NCBI GenBank assembly: GCA_051362555.1
Contig: CM120646.1
Span: 24,302,076 to 24,365,059, forward strand
From: Lingula anatina
Lineage: Eukaryota > Animalia > Brachiopoda
Direction of reading: 5' to 3'
Length of the DNA: 62,984 bases
The position numbers were made by a program, and so were the translations under genes. How positions within the stretch are numbered: the stretch's first letter is position 1; every line of letters starts with the position of its first letter. Positions 14,201 through 25,900 of this stretch are shown piece after piece. The notes under the pieces were generated by a model that saw nothing but the letters and a program-made list of their open reading frames with translations, had not been told where the DNA came from and ran no database searches.

Positions 14201-15914
14201 TTCTAGAACTAAACAAAATGGCCATCCCTCCCCTCCAAAGGCGACTGAAATACCATGTGCCACAGCTGTTCACCATGATGAAACTTTTGAAGAGATTACG
14301 GATGAAGAAATTGCCAAATCCTTGTCAGAATCTGGAAAATTTCTGCACAGCCAAGAGGGGTGAGTAACTGACAGGATGACTTGCTATGTTGAAGCTACAA
14401 GCTGATCTAAAGCTTTCTTGTCACAAACTAAGACATTTTTTTACTCGCGAGAAATTTTTATTTCCCCTCAGCCATCGTCCTCACATATCTCTTGTGAGTA
14501 AAAAAATTCTGATGTTTCAGCATGTCTGTTACTATGTCTATAAATACAAATCTAAATACTGTAACAAACTATAGAAGCATAGTAAAACAGTATGGTTTGA
14601 TGAATCAGTTTTTCATTGTCTCGTGCATGAAGATAAATTAAAAATATATATATATTTATATTTTGACCCTTCTCAAAGGGCTTTGATTACACCACTGACT
14701 GTTGTTGTATGCAGAATACATGTAGGATTATCATGCCTCATAGGTAGGAAAACATTGATTAGTCTTTTCAGAAATTATTTCTTATTTTTTATCAACGATG
14801 CATTGCTTGTTTTTGTGATAATCATGTATAAACACTTAAATCTCTCTCTCGCTCTGTGTTCAGACTGACGAGCAGTTTCACATTGTCCGCAGAGGAGATA
14901 GAGAACGGTCAGGGAGTGGTACCTGATGACCTCTGGGTGAAGGCTGGACAGTCCTTTGCTGTGCCTGTCTTGATTGAAGAGCCAGGAATTATCCTCTGCT
15001 GGGAGTTTACTACGGATCCTAAGGTATCTTGAGTGACAACAGAATCATAATTTATGTGTTCAAATTTGTTAATATGTGTGTGTGTGGCAGGGGAATGGAT
15101 GTGGGTAGGGGATGGTATCTTTTTCTGATTTAGATTCATTAGGGATCCTTGAAGATAGTTATTTTGATAGAAAAAAGAAAATGTGTCTTTGTTTTGTGTG
15201 TGTGTGTGTGTTTTTGGAGGAAGGGTGCTTTAAGATATTGAAATTTTCTTTGCTATGGATATCTGTATCTTTATGATCATTATAATAATTATATGACATT
15301 AATTATCAAGAATTTTAAAATATTTATGTCCAAAATAAGGAAGAAAGACTGTATGCTATAGTATCTATTTAAAAAACATTTAATTAAAAAAAAATACAAT
15401 ATCTGTTTATCATCACTATTTCAGAACATTCATTTTGCCGTGACGTATAGGACCAGTGAGGAGACGGCCCCGGAGACTCTGATCCCAACCACGAAGGTGA
15501 ACTCGCATAAGAAACCAGTCACTGGGGAGCTACAGGCACGCCAGGCGGGGCTGTATACACTGATCTTTGACAACACTCGGTCCAGGTAATAATAATAATA
15601 ATAATAACCCCTAATGATTTTTAACAACAAAAGGCCAGGTTAAATTTCCATATTTATCTAGTAATCGTCTGTCGTCTGGACATTGGAGCGTTGTTTTTAT
15701 ACCCCCTGGACCCCCCTGCAGAATGCCTTGCAGAATATGTATATATCAAAGATTTCAGTAATTGGGTAATTTTAAATTGTACAATGATTGATATTAATTG
15801 GTTCTAATAGGGTCAAAGCTATAGATAAATGCTGTGACAGAATTATATATTTTTTGTTCCAGGTTCACCTCAAAGAAATTAAGCTACCACTTGGAGATTA
15901 GGAGGGATAGTTGA
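950..15914 (+). CDS. FYCO1: FYVE and coiled-coil domain autophagy adaptor 1-like (RUN-coiled coil-FYVE-LIR-GOLD), 22 coding exons, ~1907 aa
   Basis: Exons joined by GT-AG with consistent phase: 950-1028, 1740-1859, 2216-2328, 2697-2803, 3230-3373, 3727-3805, 5802-6019, 6283-7156, 7421-8026, 8264-10102, 10407-10547, 10857-10928, 11102-11149, 11443-11561, 12089-12301, 12653-12804, 13082-13222, 13749-13881, 14207-14359, 14864-15023, 15425-15585, 15863-15914 (5724 nt). RUN ([10 protein letters not shown]...KDYWNYFC...[23 protein letters not shown]), heptad coiled coil, FYVE (WMDD...[13 protein letters not shown]...RVCNGC), LIR ([12 protein letters not shown]), C-terminal GOLD (CWEFTTDPK...[14 protein letters not shown]). 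This domain order is diagnostic of FYCO1. Confidence 0.93.
1457..1558. mobile_element. Short palindromic MITE-like element
   Basis: CCCTTAAGAAAAAGTC...GACTTTTTCGTTGAGG imperfect TIR with internal (T)CCTATAGG(A) palindromes, flanked by AT on both sides. Confidence 0.45.
2167..2209. repeat. (ATT)n microsatellite
   Basis: Direct reading; lies immediately upstream of the FYCO1 exon 3 acceptor. Confidence 0.95.
2791..2970 (+). repeat. Degenerate tandem repeat derived from the FYCO1 exon 4 end and donor
   Basis: GAAGGTCACCAG|GTGGGTTTTTTTAAAAT (~2792-2820) recurs near 2888 as GAAGGTCACAAGGTGGGTTTTTTAAAAT, with ~22-bp (GG)TCAC..GGT(G/A)GGT units between and after. Confidence 0.6.
5525..5716. mobile_element. 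MITE, CAGG(T/C)C...GGCCTG termini, 5-bp TSD CACAC, internal poly-C
   Basis: Left CAGGTCTGTAGCC; right end reverse complement CAGGCCCATTGCC. CACAC at 5520-5524 and 5717-5721. Confidence 0.65.
12314..12400. repeat. Interrupted (TG)n microsatellite
   Basis: Direct reading, FYCO1 intron 15. Confidence 0.9.
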
Positions 15915-17640
15915 AATTACTGATGACCATGTTGGGAGCAGGTGCCCTGTGAGGCATGCCCCCCCCCCCAAGCTTGCGCAGTTTTCCCATTTTATCCCCT
16001 TATCAAAAAAGAAATTAGAGCAGATCAAAACATATGGTGCAATGTTTGCCTTCCCTGTGCCTATGTGTAATAGTCTCCCTTAACTGGCATATGTATGAGA
16101 GGATGCTAAGCCAAGTATGGCAAAAATAAGTTACTGTGCGCACCCCCCCCTCCCCTCGCATCAGATAATGGGAAATCTCAGCTGTTTCAAGGGGCGATAT
16201 GGAAAGACAATGTTCCTTGAATGCCCCCCCCCCCCCCATCATCCCTCTCCATTAAGAATTCCATAGCTTACAGATATTAAAAAGCAAATAGTTGTACTTA
16301 CTCATCTTTCAATCTCATATTTTTATATAGCAGTGAATAGGCCTTTATTTATAATTTTTTTCTCTAACTGTGCCATGTTGTTTTTTTTTCTGAAATGTTA
16401 TGTCCAAATTTTATCTCAGAATTTTGGCTGAAATCCTATTATCTGTGGTAAAAAGCAAGCTTAGGGTAAATGTATGGATATTTATTACATGTCAATATTG
16501 TGACTACCTCCAGTCCATGTACAATGTTTCTCAGCTTGCTGCTCTATTCTGATTATGGTGGAAATACTTCTCTATAAACTGTTACTCTTGTAGGTAGGAA
16601 ATATGCTCATTTGCCTGAACTTTATCTTATGGAAATGTTAAATATTGGGTTGTGGATAACTTAATATTAAAAAATTTAGATATTTTGGGGGTAAATTAAA
16701 AACCACTAAATAAGTTATTTACAAGTGCTTATTCTGAAGAAAGATAAGCACCATAAAAACTAAAAAAAAATTATAAAACAACGTTTAGATTTGATTCAGG
16801 ACACAGAACTATTACCCTTGTTTTAATATCAGTATTTGTATTTGAAAATCCAGTGCACCTTAGTTTCCATACATAATTTAATAAGTGAACCAATGACAAG
16901 TTTTTTTTTCATCTTGACTGGTAAGTTACTGTACAAATAAAATATTTAGAACAATTTGGATCCTAGAAACTTGAAATTACTAGCTTGTTTTAAAATACTG
17001 TATGTTTATGTGCCAGTCAAAACATGCAGATCACTAGGGGCAATGATGCCACTATGCTTTTATGTCAACTTGATTTATTAATTTATACAAATGTTTTAAG
17101 ATTCATTTATGAAAACTTAGTAAAAATCATTTAAATTGACTTAATAATTATATTATTAAATATGTTTTGTATGGTTTAATTTTAGCATTTAATTTATCAA
17201 CTTTGTGATATAAAAAGAACATCTTCAGAAAAAAGCCTTTTTGGAAGGAGAAATATGACATTTGTAGTATCAAATTTTAACTCGCATCTATATTGTTTCT
17301 AATTAAAAATAAATTGTACAAAAAATCATGCTGCCATCATTATAATAAGTTCACTTCTATCTCTGTCACAAAGTTACATAATTGTGTTGTACAAATGTTA
17401 TTGCTTAATGTTAAATTAATAAACTTGTTATTTTTAATTTTACGGTGTCTTTCATTTATCTATTGGTAATGCAGAATAAAAGCAAACATTTCAAGATTTT
17501 ACAGATTTATTTGCACCAACAAAAGCAAATGTAAAAGTAAGGCACTTTCTCCAGGAAATCCAAATGATTGATTATTATGCCAACAAACAAACAAAAAAAA
17601 AATCGTTTCTCATCTGTGAAAAAATATGACATGAAAATCC

Positions 17641-18550
17641 AGTTTTATTTGTCATTATGACTAACGATCTGAGCACCAAATGTGACACATTCAAATATGT
17701 AGATGACACCACAATTCTAAGCTACAGGAATACCAAACTGCAGGACAATCTCCCTGATGCAACAACAGAACTCACTCTCTGGTCCCATGCTAATAAACTA
17801 CCAAGACCAAAGAGATCATATTTGATTTCTCCAAAAAAGGACACAAAACTACACCCTTGCTAGTAGATAATCAAAGGATTGAGAGAGTGGGGTCTGCTGT
17901 CTTCTTAGGGGTTAGGATCAGTAGTGATTTGAGCTGGGAAGGTCACATCTGTGATATTTGTAAAACAGCAAGTAAAAGGCTACACAATCTTAAGCTTCTG
18001 AAAAGAGCGGGTATTCCAACCAATGAACTTGTAAGCTTTTATACATCAGTAATCAGACCTACATTAGAATATGCATGTCAGGTGTGGCACCCAGGTCTTA
18101 CACAACAACAAACTTATAAAATTGAATCCATCCAGATTAGAGCATGTAAGATTATATTCCCAGAGCTGTCCTACGATGGGGCACTTGAAACATGTAAACT
18201 TATCACTCTTGCTTGTAGAAGAGATGAACTATCTAAAACATTATTGCATAACATGTACTCTAAAGGACACAAAATCCATCATTTGCTACCAGAGATAAAT
18301 GAAAGTTCCTACACTTTGCACCAGGTTTATAAGTACACTGTGCCAAAATTGAGGACTGCACGATCGTCAAAAACTTTTATCCAATGGGCTTTATCTAATT
18401 TTAAGAACTGAGTTTTTTATGAATTTTTAATGTGTATCGAATCATTTTAACACTTACAAGTATGTTTTAAGATTGTTCATCTCACGACTATTTGTTTTTA
18501 TTGTAAAATCCAACTTTTTAAGTTGCAAATAAATACATATTATTATTATT
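17641..18550 (+). mobile_element. 5'-truncated CR1/L2-group LINE (RT C-terminal part), copy in unit 1, frameshifted
   Basis: IMTNDL...KYVDDTT RT motif, FLGV.IS.DLSW, FYTSVIRPTLEYACQVWHP. AATAAA plus (ATT)n tail. TSD AAAATCC at 17634-17640 and 18551-18557. Confidence 0.85.
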
Positions 18551-19639
18551 AAAATCCTGAATACAAGTTGGATTTGAGTCAGCAAGGAAATGTGTAAGTA
18601 AATAAAACAAATATTTTAATAACAATAGTATAGGATAAAGAAGGTGCCCATCATTACTACTTTATTAAAGTAATTGTATATACCATATTAATGCAGAAAA
18701 ATATTTCCAAAATACATCTAGGATATTGTACATTGCATAGTGTGTCCATAAAAGTTCCCAGCATAAAACATCTGGAGTAATTAAAGCTTACATTATCAAA
18801 TTAAAAAAAAAAATTGAAATGGCTGTTACTTGAGCAAAAGAAAAAGAGGTCTAAGACAGAGGAAAAAGTTGTCATTGGCCAATAAAACCATTCTTACCTG
18901 TCCCAGTGTATAACATTATAAATATAAACTGTAAACACATACATACAGATACAGACTGAAACCGTTTTTACCTTGACTGATAAGAACACTGCAAAAACCA
19001 TTTCTTCGAAGGTCAAGGTGATACTATAAATAATTTATACAGCATAAATAATTCTTCCAGTAATAACATTTTTTTTCTTTTACTTGGTTTACAGCAGGGG
19101 TCCTCAATGTTAGGACAATTTTGTCATTGTTAACTTTTTTTTTGTAAAATAAATCCAGTAAAAAAATATATTCAGACACATATATTCAGATATTCACAAT
19201 GCCTGTGATGTCTGTATATTATGCAATATTTTTCCATACAGATATGCATCATTTCTGAACTGCTCAGTTTCTCCATCTGGTTTCAAAATGATAATGCGTG
19301 AACAGTGTTCCAGATGAGTTGAGCAATTTCAATGACAGTTATATGATATGTATTAATATATAGTCTAAAATCTCATTTCTGGCAGAGTGGGGTATTCTTT
19401 GAGAAAACATGAACATTTTCAATGGATATTTCTTTTGTATAAAAGAAAAAGTATATTCAACAAAAATGTAAATAATGCTCAACCCTGTGTTAATTAAATG
19501 GAAATTAGAATGCACAGAGATTCAGTTCTCACTTCACTTCTCTTGAGTATTAATAATAATAATAATATCCTATAAAAATAGTTAATAATTAAATATATGT
19601 AATACAAAGAACATAAAGAGATAAAAAGCAGTGTTTTTG

Positions 19640-19800
19640 CTCATCTGGAATGTGAATTGGGATGAAAATCATGTTATCACATCTGGAATGTGAATTTGTA
19701 TTGAATATCACATTAACATGTCTGGAATGGGACTTGGGCAAGTCATTTGTTGTCCTATCTTAAATCTGAATTGTGATGAATAAATCACATTATACAACGT
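19640..19800. repeat. Degenerate ~39-bp minisatellite (~4 units) 3' of the CACHD1-like stop (also ~42130-42290)
   Basis: (A/G)TCTGGAATG(T/G)GA recurs at ~19643, 19681 and 19720, with a weaker fourth copy near 19760. Confidence 0.6.
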
Positions 19801-19996
19801 GAGGAACATGTACCTACGTTAAGCAATTTCATTGCAATCCCGTATACACACCTGATACCAGTTTTTCAGATAAAATTATCTGGAAATGGCAAGACTTGTA
19901 AAGTGCAAGTGATGCTTAAGCCAAGTGCTCTGTCTCTCACATCCTAATCATATCACCTGTCTATAAGAAATTTGAAGATGAAATAAAAAAGCACTG

Positions 19997-22900
19997 TTAC
20001 TTATAAGTGAACCCTTGCTGATAGACCTCTGTGTAACTTGGTGGGGGGTCCACATCAACATGTCCAAAGGAGGGTGGAGCAGACGGGTTCACAGGGGGGG
20101 AGGTTGTATCAGAGACAGCCAAGATATTGGAGCTGGGGCTATTCACAGTATGTGGTGTTATGGGCTTAGATGCACAGATCTTCCCTTTCTTGTACAACAT
20201 GAATATGGTGATGATTAAGATAAGTAGTATAACTGCCCCTATGACTCCCCCAGCCACTGCCCCTGCATTGTTTTCATCAGATGTTTGTGTTTCACATTCA
20301 GGATCTGAGCAGGTATCTGTAATGGGGTAAGTATAAATAAATCTATAATTATCATAAATTAATACAATAATTATAATAAATTAATATATTTTAAAGTTGA
20401 AGTGAACCATTTCGACTAGCTATGCCCAGAATTTTTGCTTTTTTATCAGAGTTTGAGTGTAAGCACTTGTGCGAGTTTGTGCATGTGTACGCAATACATA
20501 CCATTAGAACAGGACTGACCCAGTTTTCCAAAGTAACATACAGACTGGCTAGAACAGAAAGGGGACTCTAAAGTTTCTCCTTCTTTGCCCAAAGAGCACC
20601 AACTGCACCCCGCCACTAAGAAACAGGAGCTGGAATACATTAAGATACAGCTTTTTAAAAAACATTAGTAAGTTGAAAAATTTTTAATAAACACGAAAAA
20701 GATTGAACAAGCACACTACATAAAATGAAAATGTTAATTTAATAACTGGTAACACTTAGTGGACAAGCAACAATGGTGAAGTTTGCAAAATAATAATAAC
20801 AATTACATTTAACAAAAATTCAATGGAAATAATCAAGAAAGTCATTTTCAAATCATTAAAAATCTTCTATGATCAAGTTAACCACATATGTTACAGTAAA
20901 AACTTTATCCAATAGTTCTAACTTCTACTTCCATGTGCTTAGCCCTGTGGTACAGAGTTAACTGGAATCTCTCTTCCACCGTCAGGAGAGCTATAACAAC
21001 AGAAGCACCCTGACAACAGAGGGGAGTCTTCAGTAAACTTGGGAACTCAGGGCAATCCACTTAAGAGCTTGACAAGCCGTCTAAATTTCTACTTGCCCCA
21101 ATCCAAAATCAATTTTTAAAAGACTTGGGAGGTTGTGGGGAAGTAAGGGGCAAAAACAAAATCAAATAGTGGTGGTGGTGGTGGGGGGGGGGGGGGGGGG
21201 GGGTGCTTTATAACAGCCAATTTACATTGGGCAAGTGGTTCATTAGCAAACACCTGTCTTTGTCTTAAATTCTAGTTGCCTGACTGCAGAATTCCCCAGG
21301 CGAATTCCATAATACCTCCAACAGTTATCATATGTTAAGTCTTCTACTAACTCCTAGGAGCTTTTTTTGAGCACTTTGCAAACAGTCTTCCACAAGTCTT
21401 ATTTCAAATTGCACACCGATGGAAAAAAAAAAGAAGGTTTCAGTGACCTCTCAACTCAGGATGAACTCAAGTTGTACTTACTCTTGGGAACTTTTAGCTG
21501 AGCAGTTCACAGGGATGCAGAGGTCCAGGTCTTTCACCTTCTCGACTTCCCCCTTGGCAATATCTGTAAGGTCAGGCGCTGGGGAGGCACAGGTTTGGGC
21601 CGAATCACTAGAGTGAACAAGACATTCATATTTGATATGAATACAAGTTGCTAAGAAAAATATTAGAAGAAAAGGGGCCTATGGCCCTGAAACTGGGAGT
21701 TAGGGGGCTGCTTTTTTTTTTTTTTTTTTTTTTTACACAGAAACCGCCGATTGACTACATTTACTTCAAATACAGGTTCATTATTTTTGGTCTAATAGAA
21801 TCAATAGTACAAGAAATTGATAAATGTAAATATCATAATTGAAGATCTAAAACAGAATGGTGAAAAAACAGAATGGTGAAGTATGAACTGGTCTATCTGT
21901 CTCAGAAGTAAAGTAGATGAATAGCAGCAAGGCTAATGTTTCCTTTCAATTTATACCCGACATGAAAAAAAATTCATTGTATTGTATTGTAAAATTGTAT
22001 TCTGTGGTTGTGCCTTAAGGTTTGTTTAAGAAGAATAAAGATAACCGCATGTTTCACAACCACTTCCTATAATAAAAATTTGTACAGTAGTTAAAGCTGT
22101 TAGCCTAGCTGTGACAGGGACACTTACTATAATAAGTTGTAAAAATTTGTACATTAGTTAAAGCTGTCAGCCTTGCTGTGACAGGGACACTTACTATAAT
22201 AAGGTGTAAAAATTTGTACAGTAGTTAAAGCTGTTAGCCTTGCTGTGACAGGGACACTAACTATAATAAGGTGTAAAAATTTGTACAGTAGTTAAAGCTG
22301 TTAGCCTTGCTGTGACAGAGACACTTACTATAATAAGGTGTAAAAATTTGTACAGTAGTTAAAGCTGTTAGCCTTGCTGTGACAGGGACACTTATTATAA
22401 TAAGTTGTAAAAATTTGTACAGTAGTTAAAGCTGTTAGCCTTGCTGTGACAGGGACACTTATTATAATAAGTTGTAAAAATTTGTACAGTAGTTAAAGCT
22501 GTTAGCCTTGCTGTGACAGCGACACTTACTATAATAAGGTGTAAAAATTTGTACAGTAGTTAAAGCTGTCGGCCTTGCTGTGACAGGGACACTCGCAAGT
22601 TTGTCTTGGAGTACATTCAAACTTGGACGGAGACACGCAACTAAAAGGCTGTAAAATAATCATCACTTTAAAGTATCAGATACTGAGTATTCTATTATAT
22701 CCATTATATTACAGAGATGTAAGCCTAAGTTACAGTGTTTTGATTTTGACCAAAAAATAATGCTAACAACTGTCAACAATGGGTGACCCATTCCTTACAG
22801 AAAGCCACCACAGTGGAAGTGAGTGGGTAATTAAGTAATCAGGCGACGTAATTCATGACTTCTTAGAAGGCTGTGAAAGTAAAAAACATTCAAAAAATGA

Positions 22901-25900
22901 TACAGGGTCAAAATATTTCTTTCAACTTGAGCAAAACAATTAAAACTGGGATTCATTTATGAAGAATCAAACAATTTGTAAATAAATATTGAAAAGTAAG
23001 CCTTCAAGATTGTCATTTTTATAAAAATCTTTACATGATAAATCAATTTATTTGCTATATCAATATTATTAATATTTAAAATAATATTCAAAGTCATATA
23101 TAATTGACTTACACAAGAACAAGAAATACTTTCTGACATATTCTTCCTGTAGATTATCAGGAAAATGTTGCTGTTATTAATTGGTCGTATTTCATATGAT
23201 GGACTGCTCTGCATGAGATCCAGTCCATTAGGATTTGGCAAACTGACCTGAGAAATGATTCAAACAAGTTGGTTTAATAGGACAATATATCAAAATTTTA
23301 CTTAAGAAATATGTAAAGTTTCTAACTTTATTGTAGAGAACAGTTAAAAGAGACAGTACAAAAAAATTTATCAGATTAGATGCCTTCATAATGAATAAAA
23401 TATTAATCAAACATTTATAAAAACTGCTACCATTTACCTGCCAAAAGTATTGTTCCTTGATTGACTCAAAATCCAGGCAGCTTCTCTTGGACAGCAGCCC
23501 CCTAGTGATCAGGTTTGAACCTATTACAGGTTCCTGAAAATGAAATCCATCCTTTGCAATATGAAAAGGGAAACATTTTTCATGTACAGACACATATGTG
23601 TCTGTACATATAGCCATCACAAAACCCTATTCTGGGCACTGCCTCCGTAGTGGCAGTGAAAGAAAGAACATGTCACTTGCTCTTCTCACACTTACTGGAA
23701 AGAAACATAGGATTGAAATACAGCTTCAGTTGAAAAATTGTCTCATTAGTTAATTGTTTGGAAGTAATACAGGTGTTTTGTGAAAATGTTTATCTTTCAC
23801 ATGTTGCAATTTTCAATATGGGACTTAGAGCTTCCTTGGGCATGAAGCCCAGTGGTAATCAAATTTTCTTAATGTCCATGTTTTTAATAGTAGATATTTT
23901 AAAATTGGTGGTATTTATACAGTTAATCATTATGTAATGTTGCATCAAAATTGATAGAAAAACTACTTTGTGCTCTGCCACCATTAATATTATGTAAAGT
24001 GAAGTGTTACTTTCTATTTTTTTAACTAGTCTTATACAAGAATGATTCTTAGGATTGACATACAGCTCATATTAGAAAGCCAGCTTTATTGGACTATCAT
24101 TTTTATTAAATTTATGCATTTTTTTGTGAAATTTTCATTTTTCTTATTCTGGCACTTTCTAATTGTAAACTTGAACTCTGATGAGCCTGAAGCCTTATGC
24201 TTTTACTTTCATCAGTGTTACCTGATGTGCATAATTAAAAGTTGATGTTGACTGTGCAGTTAAACATTATATATTATTGCATCAGAATTGGCAGTCTCCT
24301 GTTTTTGTGCATTATTGTTTTTCTGCTTTTCTTAATATAAGGTGTGACTTATGGGCCTGAAGACCTTTGATAGACAACTTTGTGTGGTCAGTCTGTAAAT
24401 TCAGGCTAAATTCAGTGCTATAAACTCATTTGCCTAATTAAGTGGCCATTAAATGAGATTTCATAAAGCACACTTGTTAATATAGTGTTCATAATAAGGA
24501 AGCAGTGAATAGCAGCTTCATTGGAATTATATTTTTGTTGTTTTCTTTTTAATTTTTTCTCCAACACTGGCATTTTTAAGATGTGACTTTTAACTCCCAT
24601 CCACCTGAGGCTCTGCACATTTTCTTTATTTCCACATAAGCAGTTGTATTGGTATTTATGTCTTTAAACACTATGTAATATTATTTTATGCACTGTCATC
24701 ATTTTTCATATATTGGGACTTTCATCATGTGAATTTTCACTCTCATGGTGCTGAAACTGTAATCTTATTGAAGGGGTGGATTGAGACCATCTTCTGGGTC
24801 TCCTGGAAGACAGTCGGATTTTAAAGTTTATATTAATGGGTATCTATTTTTTCTGTTGGAAGACCACCAAAATGGAAGATGGATCAACAAAGATACTTTG
24901 GAATATTGTCAGAAAATATATCTGGATCTGCTCCTGTTATTGACCAAGTTACCTGTTGCACATGATTAAAAAATCAGTGTTGACTGACTGTGCTATTATA
25001 AGCATTATTAATTATTGCATCAAAATTGACAAAATGACCTATTTTGCATCTTTTTTTTCCTGTTTTTTGTCTGTACATTTGACAGCTTTGCTGCCTTGTT
25101 TTTGTTTTAAATACTGCAATTTGCATGTTTAAAAAGCAATTAATTCTTTTGATTATTAAAAATAATTCAGACAATCACTGCCTTATTTTTCCAATCTTAG
25201 AAAACTTGTATAAGCAATTCTGAATTCTAATTTACAATAAGTAATTCGCCCTGTTCAAGGTATGCATTGCTTACCTTTTTTAAAATGTGTACATTTTCAA
25301 TATCAGGTGTGTCTGTAGCTTTTACAAAATCATCATGCATTACTATGAAACCACTGGAATCCATCACTAAGCAGCTAAAACATAATAAATATCCATACGT
25401 ACCAATTAACAAAAAAGAATATTGTATGTAAACATATTCTTTTTCTCAATATAATATTTCTATCATCAAGCACTAGGTTAAAATTCAAAAATTCCCAAAG
25501 TTTTTCAAAAGTAAAAGATTTCTTTAAAATATTTTTATAATGTACATATAATTGGTTGTTACCTGTATCCAGCATCCCTACAGTTTGCATATCTGTCCTG
25601 AATCACCTGGTAGAAATAAGTAATGGTGAAGTCGGTCAAAATAACTGCCGTCACCTTGTCATCAAGTGTGTGCACTCCTCCAGCTCTGACATAATAATAA
25701 TACATAAAAAATAATGGTGAAATATAATATGTCCATATTTCTATCTTGATGTTACTTTTCTGTCTTGTGTAAAGTTGGCCCAAAAAAGTTAAACATTATC
25801 AAATTTGTTGCTTGGGAGGTGAAATGATGTTCTATGAATGTGCCTGTAGGGTAAAACATGGTATGGGTCTTTAAAAACCAAGAAATTTTTTACCTTTAAA

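Noticed and set aside
20990-21300. Degraded hAT-like element with ACTTGCCC/GGGCAAGT motifs and poly-G
   Set aside because: No clear termini or TSD; too decayed to call.
22066-22593. CRISPR-like array
   Set aside because: Units are contiguous with no unique spacers, there are no cas genes and the context is eukaryotic; it is a minisatellite.
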